From Lama glama (Eukaryota): DNA of 64,000 nucleotides. Where the stretch lies: contig CM052832.1 in NCBI GenBank assembly GCA_028534125.1, positions 34,224,001 to 34,288,000 on the forward strand, written 5' to 3'. How positions within the stretch are numbered: position 1 is the first letter of the stretch; every line of letters starts with the position of its first letter. The notes beneath the pieces were generated by a model. The model ran no database searches. It saw nothing but the letters and a program-made list of their open reading frames with translations, and was not told where the DNA came from. The translations under genes and the position numbers were made by a program. Shown here piece by piece: positions 12,960-25,912 of the stretch.

Positions 12960-13600
12960 CCGACCTCCCCCCACTGCTTCTTCTCAAACAGCCGGTCTCC
13001 CTCGAGCGCCTCCATGAGAAGCTGGTCTGTTCCCTCCTCACCCGCCTCTCTCGCGCTTCTGACGCCCGCCGGGCACTATCCGGCCTTCCCTCTGCCTTCT
13101 CTTGGTCTCCGCGGAGCGTTCAGTGCTGACAGCCACGCGCTGCCCTTTAAACCTCCTCCTCCCGGGACCTCTGCTCCGTCCAAGCTCGGTCCTCTGTCTC
13201 CTCGCCGACTCCTTTTCTCTCGGTCCTCCCCGGGGCCCCCCTGCGGCCCGGGCTCCGCCAGTGCAACCGCGCTCCGGTCCCCAGCAAACGTCTTGGTCTC
13301 ACGCCCCCAGCTGTCGCCCCGAAGCTGGGACGCTCGTCCCGAGGTCTGCTCTGCCTCCAGCCTCCTGTCGTTGGCTATTCCCCGAGGGTCTTTGCTTGGA
13401 TGCGTCGCAGGCGTCTCAAGCTCAACACGTCCAAAGTCACAGTGACGCGGCTGGTTCCCTTTCTCAGCAGCTTTGTTTCCACGAAGGGCGTCATCACCCA
13501 CCTGACAGCTTCAGGGTCTCGGGATGATCTTCTGTGCTTTCTCTCCCGTCTCCTCTCACGTGGCTGTGTGGAGGTGGTGACAGGTGCTTGCTGTTTCTGT
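12960..13600 (+). mobile_element. LINE-2 fragment
   Basis: C/T-rich tract containing the L2 motif gtctcaagctcaacacgtccaaagtc. Confidence 0.6.
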
Positions 13601-13739
13601 TTCCACGTCACTCCTCAGGGTTAGTGGTGGCACCGGTGGCACCGCTCCCCACTGAGAGAGACGCTGGATTTGAACGATTCGACCAGCAGCCCCGGGACGA
13701 GACCATACAGCGACTAACTGGATGGGTCTGAGTCAGCCT

Positions 13740-13947
13740 TGTGTGTGTGTGTGTGTCTGTGTGTATGTGATGTATGTGTGCTGTGTGTGTGATATGTGTG
13801 TGGTGTGTGTGTGGTGTGTGTATATGTGTGTGTGTTGTGTGTGCGTGATATGTATGTGCTGTGTGTGTGTATGTGTGTGAGGTCTGTGTGTAGTGTGTGT
13901 GTATGTGTGTGTCTGTGCGTGATGTGTGCGTGATGTGTGCTTGTGTA
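13740..13947. repeat. Degenerate (TG)n microsatellite, about 200 bp
   Basis: Directly visible; produces the His/Thr ORFs on the - strand. Confidence 0.95.
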
Positions 13948-14039
13948 CATTCTTAACCCCTCTTCTTTTCACCCCTTTTTTCTTGTTTGCTCAAAGACCT
14001 TCCCGTGCTCCACGTCACTCGCATTGTCCTGCAATTTGC

Positions 14040-16050
14040 TGTGAATTCTCACCAATTATCTTTTGCACGTGGACCCCCCCACTCAGTGTTAGTCTCACGT
14101 GTGGTGTGAGGCAGAGTCCCTCTCAATTTCTTTCCCTCCAGATGGTTTGCCATGTGGCCAACCTCATTTATTTAATAAACCCACCTCCACCCACCAAAAT
14201 GAAATACCAACCATGTTATTTATTTCATCCTCACAGAAATGCAGATCTGTTTCCAGAATCCTGTTTTGTCTCATTAGCCTGCTTGCCTGTCTTTATGCCA
14301 ACGCAGTCTCATTCTGTTGGCCTGACAGTGACTTACTGGGTCTCAATAGCTGGCGAGGCCGTTCCCCGCCCCACCGCAGCCCCGCATGTGCTTGGAACTT
14401 TCTCTTTGCTACCTTTGGTCGTCGATTTTTCCTTATGAAACTTAAGATAACTTAATTCAACCCACATTCCTCCCAAATCCAGTAAGATGAAAATTGCAGT
14501 TTTATGTTATATATTAATTTTGGGTGATTGACCATTTATCATATTGAATCTTTCATTCAAGAACATGACAGATCTTCCCCTTTGTTCAGAGCTTGTTTTA
14601 CGTCCTTTGATAAGACGTCATGGTTTTCTTCACATGATGTAAACGATGTTTCTTACGGGATGGTTTCCTGTTTTATAGACATTGCTATCATGAATTAAAC
14701 ATTTCCCCAATATGCATTTTTAGTGATTTAATATCACTATAGAAAAACAGTTATGGATTTTTGTGTGTTTATCTTGTATGTGGGTAGATACCGTATAAAT
14801 CCATTGATGAATTCTAATTTTTTTTCCTGAGGTGTCTTGAATGTCATACGTATAGAACCACATTGCCAGCAGGGAAAGAAACTCTGCCCTCACACTCCCC
14901 ATTTTCATACCGACTGTTTTCTTTCCTCATCGTATTCGCCAATTCACCACCTCTCTGAGTAGCACCTGCAGGAGCGGCCATCCCTGTGTCTTCCAGATTT
15001 TAGTGCAGAAACACCGATTCTTCGTGTACAACGAGGCCCGTCGCATTCAGTCATCTGTGACACAGGGCATGTGCAATTTCTGTCCCCGTTTATTGGTGGG
15101 ACGGCCACTGACTTATTACCAAAGGCTTCTCGGTGCGTTTGTGTGACTCCCCTTGTGGGTGGAGGGAGCTGTCTGGCTGTGCTTCCAAACAGTTATGCAC
15201 ACTCACTCTCGGGTTAAACCTGATTTGATCATATTCTTTCTTTTGAGACACTCTGGATTTCATTCGGAACTTAAAATTTTTAAATTCATAAATGATATCT
15301 GTCTATGGGATTTGGGGGGTTCTGTGCTAATTTTGTCAAATTTTGTTATTAAAGATGTGCTAGCTTTAGAGACTGAATTAGGGAAATCTCCACCTTTTCG
15401 TATGCCATAGGCTAGTATGTTACAACACTCAGATTCACTTTAAAGGAATGTCAGGCAGGACGCGGCCCAGCTGTCCCGGGGGTCGATGGCAGGTCTTTAA
15501 TCACTCGTCCAGCCTCTCCCATAGCACGTGCGCGGCTTCCCTTCTCCTTGGGGAAGTTTTGGCTTTTCTGTATTTGTTAGAAAAATCAGTCATCCTTCTA
15601 GGCTTGAACCTCTCTGCCCCAGAGCTACATGCTGCACACTTACTGCTCCTACAACCCCTTCTTGTCTGCATTTTTCTCTTCCCCAATTTATATTTACTTT
15701 TCAACTTTTCTTTCTCTTTATCAGGCCCACGAAGGGGTGATCTATTTTAATGGTCTTTCCAAATAATCAGCTTTAGGATTTACTTCTCTTTTCTACTATT
15801 TTTTCTTATTTTTTTTTAATTTCGGCTTATTTTTTATTGATTCATCCTGCTTTGTTTTAGACTGTCCCCCGATGGAGCAGGTACTGCCGCCGTCACTGCG
15901 TGCTTGGCTCTGACGTTTCCTGTGACTGCCTTCTACACAGAGTTAATTTAAAATTTCGCATTCGGTTCTGTGACGTGGATTACTTAGTTTCTGAGAAAGC
16001 CATTGTCACTGTATTTTTCTAATTTTGTTGGATTATAATCAGAATATCCT
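14040..16050 (-). mobile_element. Ancient L1M(E)-type ORF2 fragments, antisense
   Basis: gtggtgtgaggcagagtcc, atattgaatctttcattcaagaacatg, gtgtgtttatcttgtatg, ctctggatttcattcgg. T-rich and interrupted. Confidence 0.75.
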
Positions 16051-17599
16051 AACTTACTTTTTTCTGTTAGACCTAATTCTGAAAGGAGTGTATTGACAAA
16101 TTTAGTTGTAATTGTTTTTGGCTGAATACACGTTTGTGGCTTTTATATATTTTGAATTTGCTTAATGATCTAAAGAAACCTTTAAATTACACCTTTTTAA
16201 AATTAACGCTGTGACTCTGCCTTTGCTGGTGTCTGTCCACGGCGGCACACTCTGCTCGTGTGTCCGCCCACATTTAAAGGCCAGCCTTGTACACAGACAG
16301 CAGCAGTTTCACAGACAGAGCTCACCACGAGCCCTCCCCAGAGCGAGGAGGAGGATGAACGAGAAGAACACGGATCAGTCACTGACGCTAAAGGGTGTGG
16401 TGCTTGGCGCGCGAGGCCCGGCAGGCGGACGATGAGCAGGACCCTCCGTGTGCTCGGCCGCCAGCCCCACTCACTCACTCGTCTGGTTCTCCTCTCTTTG
16501 GACGAAGCCTCTGTTCTCCCACAAAAACATGTATTAATTCCAAATATATGTACACACACAAGTAAAATAAAAGCAGGATAAATCCTTCACGCTGACAGTC
16601 TCTGTAAAGAACGCCATTGATAAGACAAGCTCCAGGTAGGTTCTAGCTCTGGGTTTGCAGTTTCGGGTCTGGTTGGGCCAGACTGAACACCTCTGAGGAG
16701 CTCTGGTAAGCGTCTAAGCCCCAGCCGGGGGGCAGCGGGGGGCCACCGACCAGCTCCAATGGGTCTTCTGCCGATTTCTGGGATGTGGACGCTGCTGGAC
16801 TTGGGGCTGCTGGGGTGCTGGCCTGGCTGTGGGTCGGCGATGCTCCGCTGCCTCTGCGGGTTCAGTGTTTCTTCCCCAGGCTGCGTTTCGGGAAGAACCC
16901 AGACCCCTGTCTACACTGCAGCCGACCTCACCGGGCGGTGGGCACTGCCGTGTGTGGGTGTGAAAATAGCCCCAGCTACTCGACGGACCAGCTCCTCAGA
17001 CACATTCCTGTGGTTTACTGGATGTTTTTAGTAATTTAGTCACAACTTTAAGTGTCTAATTACAGGATTTCGTTTTTATTTTTGAAAGCAATGTAGTCTT
17101 GACGCAGGCGGGCTCTCGGTGCACACCCTGCCTTATTAACTGTCTCCTCCTGGCAGACCCAGTGCAGGGTCGCCCCCGTGTCTGGACCCCTCGCAGCGCT
17201 GGGTTTTAGCGCTGAGGGCTCGGTCAAGGGGAGTTAAACTCCCCTCCTCGTCTCGCGTGGCTCCTCTGAAGTGGCGAAGCAAGCGTCCTAAGGGCGTCGG
17301 CTGGGTGTGGTCAGTCAGGACCAGGGACCTGTGCTTTCTGGATCCATCTGCTTCTCCCAGCTCTGGCCAGCTGTTAGTAGGAGTCCATTTACACAGCTGC
17401 AGGGCCGGTTGGGCTGTTGTTCCCTCCTGGGAAAAGCTACCATCACCCAGTAGGAGCGTTCGCTTTAAATGTCTTTCTGTGAAGTCCGGCTCACATTGTG
17501 AGGAAAGCAGGATTTGCGTGCGATCACTCTAAGAGTAAAGTGATGAATGTCTGTCAGGTGCCCCCTGCGTGGGACTGCGCCCACCAGGCCGTCCGCACC

Positions 17600-17720
17600 A
17601 AACCCTCCCGACCGCCTTCGTTCCCGTGTCAGCGGACGAGGGCTGAGGTCACTGACGTGGCTCGCCCGGGTCGGTCTCGTGCGGCCAGCAGGTGGCAGGG
17701 CCCGAGTCTGACCCCTCCTT
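17600..17720. mobile_element. MIR remnant
   Basis: gcggacgagggctgaggtc...gccagcaggtggcagggcccgagtctgaccc resembles the MIR core. Confidence 0.5.
17682..17700 (+). promoter_or_regulatory. Candidate CTCF site within MIR remnant
   Basis: ggccagcaggtggcag is a full match to the CCASYAGRKGGCRS core. Confidence 0.45.
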
Positions 17721-18182
17721 GCCCGGGGCCGCTACCCCAGGGCCACGTCAAGCAGGGTCCTGGGAACTCACCGGCCGGACTGGAGCTCCAGTGACGCTGG
17801 GTTAGGACACGGAGGTTTCAAGGTGCCGGTGTGCCCCGGGAGCTCTCATTCAAAGCACTTAGGGCTGGCGTTCCCACCGTCTCCCCGAGGGAGGGAGGCT
17901 GCCCCTCACTCTGATGCCGTGGCAGCCTCCTGTGTCCCGGCCTCCACACTCCGCCTGGAGTCACTGCGTCGGGTCTCCTCCTACAGGGCACGGATGCGCC
18001 AGCTCCCGGACTTTCAGATAAAGGCCAAGCCCCGGGGTGCGTGGTCCAGCAAGCCCACCCACAGACACTCCTCCGGAACCTGACCTCTTCCTTGGATTCA
18101 GCCTCCACCGGAGGCGCAGGTCACAAAGCGTTCTCGTCTTAGCGTCACCACTGCTGTGTATTCGCGTAGCATTCTTGTTTAG

Positions 18183-18213
18183 AGGAGCTGGTCCAGGAGT
18201 CACATTTATGGAA
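18183..18213 (+). CDS. Candidate 31-nt exon
   Basis: cattcttgtttag|AGGAGCTGGTCCAGGAGTCACATTTATGGAA|gtgagg. Confidence 0.3.
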
Positions 18214-20189
18214 GTGAGGCTTGGAGAGCGTGTGTTCAGATGGCACCGGGTGGGAAGCGGCGGGTCAGAACTCGCCTGGCAGACTGTGGCGGGAGCGTCT
18301 GGTGTAGACGGGCCTCCGCCTCATGCAACTGGGCGAGGGTTTCGCGCGCCCGGCCCAGGCCCACGCGTGCGCGGGGGCTTGTGGGGTGGATGCGAGAGCA
18401 CGGCCCTGCCCCAGGCCGGTCACCGTCCTGGTGAGGGGATTTAGCAAAATTCAAGAGGGCCGCAAACACCTGACCCTGGGAAGGCGGTCGAGGGTGCCGC
18501 CAAGCATCGGGTGAGCAGGGAGGCCCGAGCCTGGGTGAGCGTGGCCGGTAACGACTTGCCCGGGAGGAGCGGGGATGGAAGGCTGGGGGCTGCGGAGACG
18601 CAGAGCAGCCTTACAGCTCGACGTGTAAGCGGCGAGTGAGCCGGCGACTAAGGGCGACCTCGGGAGACACACCCCGAATGAGCGGGGGCCTCTCGGAGCG
18701 CAAAGCGGGTGAGGTCAGAGAGCCCACGTGGAGGCTGAAGGGCTTCGAAGCGCAGAGCACGGGCCTCGGCAGGTGGCTACATGGAGTGTTAGTGTCATTA
18801 TAAAGAACGGAGCACTTTCTCCTGCACATGTGACAATTTTTTCCTCTATTCCTAAAAATCATATTGGGGGAACATCTCTTTTGCCAAAGTCCATAGTTCA
18901 GGTTCTGCCCCCAGCCCAGGTGGGCGGGAATGGCCCACGGCTGTGCGGTTTCGTAAGGGACCCAGGATGCGGGTGAGGAGGGGGGTCTGCCCGACCTGCG
19001 GGAGCAGGTCCCTCAGGTCAGGGTCTGGGCAGGGTTCCTCTCGAGCCAGGAAATGACTCCAGGGAGGAACGTGGCTGGGAGACGCAGGAGAGCCTTCCAG
19101 CCGGTCCCTAGAGGGCAGAGGCCGTGCCCCGCCCGGCAGAGAGCAGCGGGGACCGGGCTCCCCTCTCCTCGGTGCTGGCCGTGACCCTCGGTGTTCCCGC
19201 AGCTCCCTCTGGCCGAGCAGAGGCCGTCAAAGAGCAAAGATGGGAGGAGAGAGGCCGGGCCGGGACCCTCTGTGGGCGGCACCGGGGAGGGGGGAGCAGG
19301 GTTGCCAGTTGCTGCCGTGACTGCAGCCCTGTCCGTCACACAAGCTAACCGTCGAAATACACTCACAGGGCGATGCTCTGGAGGCATGTTGGTGCAGCGG
19401 GAATACACTTGCACCGCCACCGACCACGCAAAAATCAGAATGATTTCCCTGTTGGAAGCCGACCCTGAGGCCCCTCTGGCCTGCGTAGCCAGAGACTCAG
19501 TCTGCTCGGCGCCGGGGCCCCAGCTGCCCCGTGCGGTCAGGACTCGCGGTGCCCGCTGCGCTGCTCACCGTGGTTGGGAGGCCGGCCTGCAGTGCACACT
19601 ACGTGTGTCTGCGCTGTCGTCCGCAGGCCGCTGATTCTGATGCTTTCTGCCAAGTTTGTGCCCAGGGTCTGGGCCGGGAGCCCCATGCCCAGGGCACAGC
19701 TCCCTGGGTGACTGGTTGCCGTGCCCCCATGAGGGGCTTCCCCCAACGGGCTCTGCGGGGCTTCACCATGTCCTCACCCCTAAGAGGCCCCAGCCCCCGT
19801 CCTCTCCCCAGATGGGTCACCTCCCCGGCCACAGGCCCCTCTGCTCTTCCTTTTGGGGTGCAGGGGGTGGGGGGCTTCATCCTCCTCCCGGGTGTCTCTC
19901 TGTCTGAGGGTAGGTCCAGGTAGGTCCAGTGGGTCCCCGGCCACCGTCGGGGACTGCAGCCCCTCCTCTGCCCTCCAGATGGGAAACACGATGGAGCCTT
20001 AAAAGAGGCCGGGCCCAGTCCCGGAGCTACCCCACCCTGAGCGCACCCCGCGGACCGGGGTCCTGCTGTCGGGGGACTGCGCTGTACGCTTTCCCTGCCC
20101 TTCCGACCCTCGGGGGTGCGAAGCGCAGGGGGCGGCAGGCTGCCAGCGGGATGCTCGCTGGTTGAAGTTGGCTGAGTCGCCTCTGCTCA

Positions 20190-20270
20190 GTTAATTGCCC
20201 TAATTGCTGCTTCACTGCACGGCTGTTTACTTGCTGCCTGATGCTGTTTGTGTCTCGCGTTGTTTACCTG
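20190..20270. promoter_or_regulatory. Candidate forkhead/homeodomain enhancer
   Basis: TAATTG twice (20192, 20201), TGTTTAC twice (20224, 20261) and TGTTTG (20245) within 80 bp. Confidence 0.4.
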
Positions 20271-20439
20271 GCGCTCCCGGGGAGCGCGTGGTCGGCCCGT
20301 CGCCAGCTCTGAGGATGCACAGAGAAGCGTGAGCGTCCTCACCATACAGGTGCGGCAAGTCTTGGAGACGCACAGAGGTGCCCTAGGAATCTTACTACCT
20401 CTAGAAACAGCTGCCATCTCTCGATGAACCGTGAGCTGA

Positions 20440-20600
20440 GAACTTACACGGAGCCTCATTATGTCTTCCCAGCAACTCAGTGAGATAGAAACGATTATCA
20501 GGGTTTTGGAGACGAGGAAACGATGAAACAGAGAGACCAAGGCCACAGAACGAGGAGGTGGCAGTCGTGGTGTGCGGACCTGGGTACCTGGGCCGGAGAC
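20440..20600. mobile_element. MIR remnant
   Basis: cccagcaactcagtgagatag...ttttggagacgaggaaac...ccaaggccacag. Confidence 0.55.
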
Positions 20601-21869
20601 ATCCTGTTACCTTAGTCACTATGGCCGTTAAGGAGCCAGCTTCTGGTTTTGGATTCTAAACGCACGAGGCAGGAGGCGGGACAGGACACAGTCCCTGTCC
20701 CTGCCTGCCCTGAGTGCTGCCCACATGCTTGCTGATGGCGTCCCCATTAGAAAGCCTTCTTTTTCAAAGACCGTATTATGGGCACATTTTGCTCTTCATT
20801 TCTTTTTCTCCTATTGTGCTTTTTCCCTCAAATTTTTATTGCGTTAAAACACTAACGCAAGTAACGTAAAGAAAATGGTTACAGTTGGGCAGAACCGCCA
20901 AGGCGAACTAACTCGTTCAGCCTGCTCGTTTTCAACAAGGCCGCTGTTGCAGTGAACGTTCAGGGTTGCCCGGGGCTGACCACACCTGCACACGTGGCCT
21001 GCAGCTGTGGCCCCGCTACTGCGTTTCCACTCAGCTGACTCCGGGCCCAGGGAAAACGGATCTGAAGGGAGGTGCGTTTGGCCTGATTAGAGGGTCAGGC
21101 GGTCCGGGTGTGGCCAGACAGGGCTGCCTGGGGCAGAGTGCAAGGGGTTGGCGCAAAAATGGGGACAGAACCATCCGATGGTATCCCGGGGGACGTTCGC
21201 TCCCTTCCTCTCCTGCGGAGCCTTCTTGCACTCTCCTTATTTCATGGCTTTGCACACCATCTCTCTGTCGCCCAGGCTGGTTGCCAAGTTGTTTGCCTAA
21301 TCGACGTCCCTCATCAGACCATCTCTTCTTTGTTCCACCTTTCCCCCTTTTCCCAAACTATTCTCCAGACTGTCAGAGTCAGCGTTCTAGAATACAAACT
21401 CGCTCGTCACTCCTTGCTCAGGATTTCTCAGACTCCAAAGGTCTCCTAGGTGAAATCTCAACTCCTTGTCACAGCACCGGAGGTTCTCTGTGACCGGGCG
21501 GCCGCCACCTGGCCCACATTCTCTTATTTCGCTCCCGACATCCTGTGCTCTGACCGTGTCCGGCTACTGGCAGACCCCCCAGTGCTCATTCTCTTTAGTG
21601 CCTCGTTCGCTTTCCGGATGTTCTTCTCTCTAACTAGATTCCCTCCCCCATTTATTATCCCAGCTACTTGCATCTGTTGTTTCATATTTCAAGGACAATC
21701 AACCCTTCCTCTTGCAGCAAGTCTTTCTTCTCGATTACCCACTTCAAAAGGGTGGAAAAGGCTACCCTCCCCGTCTTGGTCTCATCTTGCTCTGCGCATC
21801 TTCATCCATCACGTCGCGGTTACCACCTCCACCATCATCGCCGTGCTCGCCACTGAGCGGTGACTCTCC

Positions 21870-22030
21870 TGTCACTGATTCACCAAATATTTGTTAAGTA
21901 CCTACTATGTGTTAAAGCTGTCCTTGGTGCTGAGAAAACCTAATGTGGCCCTGCCCTGCTAGAGTCTAGGGCACGAGACAGACAAATCTCAAACCAACCA
22001 ACAACTGTAACGTTACAAAGTAAAATGTGT
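21870..22030 (-). mobile_element. LINE-2 3' end
   Basis: attcaccaaatatttgttaagtacctactatgtg...gtgctgaga...gccctgccct...tctag is the classic reverse-complemented L2 tail. Confidence 0.75.
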
Positions 22031-22559
22031 GACATGAAACAAAAGAACCGGGAACGAGAGCGAGAACGCAAGGACGAGGACGGCTGCCAGGACCACGGGC
22101 TCCAAGTCCAGAGCTCTTTGCATGCACCTCTGCTTCCCAGAACGGGGGCGGGGAGGCGGGCGAGGGCCAGCAGGACTGTGCTGGTCGGGCAGTAACTGAT
22201 TCGGGAGGAGACTCTTGAGAGAGGCTCTCACACCAGACTGGGTGGAAACAGGACGCTGCAGTGAGCGATTGGCTGGCCTTCTTGATCTCCAATTTGCAAT
22301 GAGAAGATGAGCTTGGGTCTGAGATGAGGCTGAGCACCACCTCAAGGGCTCTTAAAGCAACATTTGCTGCATTTTTTTCTAACAAGGAAAAGCTGTGCAC
22401 AGAAATAAAGAGGAAATGCCAGAGAACAGAGAAAGGCACAAAGATAATACAAAAAAATATCAAAATCACTAGCATTTCTGCCGCCCAGATCTAGACAGTG
22501 CGTTTCTGTTTCAGATACATACATGAACACGTGTGTATGTCTGCTTATTCAGAAAGGTC

Positions 22560-23850
22560 TGTCGATAAATTTTAAAATACATGAATTTAAGAAGTTGAAA
22601 TAACATACAGAACAGAGTGGTAACTTGCTTTTTTTGGTTGAACAAGTAATTGTGGACATTTTCTCAGGCCCCTAAATGCTCCTCTGCAGTGTGCTTTTCA
22701 GGGGCTGCACAGAACTCTGCTGCACGTTGGGAAAGTGCGTCCTTTGCAGGATCTTCAGCTGCTTCTGACGTTTGCTATCGTGCTTAATAATCTCAGGATA
22801 CTTTTTTCTTTTGCACGAATCTGATTGTTTCCTTACATAAAATTCTAGAAGTAGAGTCAGTAAGTATGTCATTCATCATGAAGTAAATGCCGTTTTCTGC
22901 CATTTTGATATGTTTTGACAAATTGCCATATAGGAAGTTTACACCAGTTGGCACGTCCACCCGCAGGTGTGAGAATTCTCTGCACACCGCCCCCCCCCCC
23001 CCGCTGTGTTCTCAGACGCCCTGCTGTCCCGTCTGCTTCGACACTCTCCGCGCCCTATTTGTGTTCTTCTGGTTTGAATTGCCTTTCCAAGTCTTGCTCA
23101 TAACTCTGTTGAGGTCTTTCATAATAAAATGTCTTCTTTGTGAATGTAAATATTTAATATTATTTAATAAACAGTTTAATCCTAGTGGTAATAATGACAG
23201 TAAACACGTAGGCGCTAATGCTGTTTTATCTCCTTTAACCCTCACCTCCTGCGAGATACAAGCAATTATTATCTCCATTAAAATAATACAAGTTTATGAG
23301 GGGTAAATGAGGCACCCACGCTCACAGTCGGTAACACGGTGTGACTTACCAAGAGCTTCGTTCAGAATTTTAGCCCCTTGCCTGTCTTACCGTTTTAAGC
23401 TCTCGCCTTCTGGTTTATTGTTCATCTTTTAATCGAACGAATGCTCTTTCTATGGAGAGAATTTCAAATTTTTATGTAGTTCTAAATGTTGGTGTTTCAT
23501 TTGTTTCATTTTCTTCTGCACATATGCTTCGGAACACTGTCCCTACGAGGGCTCAGATGAGAAGTGAGCTTTATTGCCTTCTAGTTTTATCCCTGGTAAT
23601 TTTCTGTGTGTGATTCTGCAGTCCATTTGAAATTTATTTGGGTGTGTGATGTGAATTAGAAGTAAGATTCTTTATCAAATAATCCGTTTTCCCTTCTGAT
23701 TTTAAACGCAGCTTTTATCAAACGTGATGCCGTCGCACATACGCGTCTACATAAACCTCCACATCTGTGTCTGAGTCCGGGCTCGTCCTTGGCCCTGCTC
23801 CGTCGATCCGCCGTTGATTCTTGCTCCCAAATCACTCTTTACATCTGTGT
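22560..23850 (-). mobile_element. L1ME-type 3' fragment, antisense, interrupted by a MIR (about 23190-23340)
   Basis: tgtttccttacataaaattctagaagtag, gacaaattgcc...gtttacacca, aaatttttatgtagttctaaatg. MIR motif ttaaccctcac...attatctccatt. Confidence 0.7.
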
Positions 23851-24361
23851 CGGCGTCTGACGACGCGAGCTCTCTCTTTCTTCTTTGGCCCACGCGTCCT
23901 GGCTCTTCTCCTGGGTGCCATTCATCACGGCTCATTCTGCGTGGGCCCCGTGGCTCTGCCTGGCCCTGGTGTAATTTCTTACCCACCTACAAGCTGCCTG
24001 GCGTTTGGTTGGCCAGGCAGAGCCCTGTAGGGTGTCTTTGAGAACTGTCGTGGGACTTCCCGTCCCTGAAGGTAGAGCTGAGGAACCACCGGGAAGATCT
24101 GGCCTGACCCCTCTGTGCGCCTGGTGCCCGGCCCCTCTGGGCGGTGGTCAGCACGACTGGGGCTCCACGGACGCCCGCAGTGGATGGACACTGTGTCCTG
24201 TGTCCTGTGTCCTTGGCTGCTGCTCTGAGCCCTCAGACTGAGCCTCTTCACCAGGAATGGTTCTGGTTAATCCAACGGAGGGTTCACCTAGACAAGCATT
24301 TGACAGAAGAGGTGCCACGGGTGGTGTCCAGGTGAACTCAGAGACCCCCAGGTGCCAGGAG

Positions 24362-24445
24362 CATCAGTAAATTAGAGCTGAAAGGACCTTGGGGGTAATC
24401 TAGTCCCACCCCGGCATTTTATAGACGAGGAAAGTGAGGCCTCCC
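24362..24445. mobile_element. MIR3-like fragment
   Basis: ttagagctgaaaggaccttggggg...tctagtcc...cattttatagacgaggaaagtgaggc. Confidence 0.7.
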
Positions 24446-25550
24446 CCAGACAGCCCCCTCTGGACAGCCCCCCGGCGGGCCCAGCACGGGGCCCAGGGGC
24501 CTGGCTTCCCATCCGGCGTCCGCTCCTCGGGACTGGCTGCCTTCCTGACCAGGGGTTGTCATTCTCAGTGGCGAAGTTTAAACACCTCCCATCAGCATGT
24601 GGAAAAGCTTTCTCCCAGGACCCCTCAGGGGTGTCCCTCCGCTCAGTACACACTTGCATCTTATCTTGACAGAATCTGGGCCAGAAGGGACCCCTCCTCC
24701 CTGGACCTGGACAAAAGCCACGTGTGCTGAGGGCTTGTGACGTTGCCACGCGGCCCCTGAGGAGAGGGCCGGCAGCCCAAGGCGGGCAGGGCTGCTCCGA
24801 GCTCCTCGGCACCCCTGAGAGCCTTGGCTGGTCCCCCAGAGGGCCGGCTGCTCCTTCAGTCCGCCTGCAGTTTCTCCTGAAGGCCGAGGGTGGGAGGGAC
24901 CCACTCACCTCTCCAGTGGGAGACGGCAGTGAGGAAGTAAAATTTGGGAAGGGACGCGGCACAACTGATTTTCCACCATGAGTTTTCTGAGCATCTCCAC
25001 GGGCCAGACCCTGTTCCCGGCGCCGGGCAGCTACGCTAGAAGAAGAGAAAGAGCCCTCCTGGGGCGTGAACGCTGTGAGAGGAACTGGGCAGCAAACGAC
25101 ACGGGGATTAAATGAGCACGCTTTCTAGTCCCTTAGGGGGTGATCAGGGCTGTGGAGACGGGGGTAGTGGGGGAACAGCTGACATTCGAGCCGGGACTGG
25201 AGGTGAGGGGCGGGCCCTGTGCGCGTGCCGGCTGGGGCTGGGGCGCACCAGGCGGGGGGAGCTGTGACCTTTGAAAGTGTGCGCACGCCCACCACCCGCC
25301 CTGCGCACACCTCACACCAGGGAGGCCTGCTGCAGAGGGCCGAGCACGCAAACCCACAACCCTTCTCCAAAGAAAGAAACGAAGAGGAATGACACACGGA
25401 GGGGGACAGTCATTTCACACGCAAACACACACACAGCAGGGGAATTACAGGCACCCAGATCTTTGTGCTCGTGACAACGCGAGAGGTGCCCACGGCCCTC
25501 CGGTCCCCTCTCGCAGCCACGTGGAGGATTTGCATGCTGGCTTCTCGTAG

Positions 25551-25636
25551 TTACATGGTACCATCTGTGCTTTCTGGATTTATACCCAAAGGAACAAATT
25601 TTGGAAAGAAACCAAGAAAGGCAGCAACAGGGAGAG
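25551..25636 (+). CDS. Candidate 86-nt exon (open in all three frames)
   Basis: gcttctcgtag|TTACATGG...GGGAGAG|gtggat. AT-rich island in GC-rich flanks; weak donor followed by G-runs. Confidence 0.3.
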
Positions 25637-25689
25637 GTGGATAGGAGGGGAAAGGAGGCAGAAGCAAGAGTGGCCCTTCCTCCTGCCCA

Positions 25690-25912
25690 GCTGGGCCGGG
25701 GCTGGGCCGGGTGGACAGGGCTGAGCCAGGGCCAGGGCCTGGGTGGATAAAGCCGGGCCAGGGATGGGGCCTGGGTGGACAGGGCCAGGGCCGGGTAGAC
25801 AGGGCTGGGCCGGGTGGACAGGGCCGGGCCAGGGAAGGGGCCTGGGTGGACAACGCCAGGGCCGGGTAGACAGGGCTGGGCCGGGGATGGGCTGGGTGGA
25901 CAGGGCCAGGCT
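25690..25912 (+). repeat. G-rich minisatellite (units like gggccgggtggacagggct), G-quadruplex potential
   Basis: Imperfect tandem units with more than 20 GGG tracts. Confidence 0.9.

Noticed and set aside
13714-13972. His/Thr-rich ORFs
   Set aside because: Translation of a (CA)n microsatellite.
25690-25912. Repeat array considered as CRISPR-like
   Set aside because: Tandem G-rich units without unique spacers in a mammalian genome; a minisatellite.
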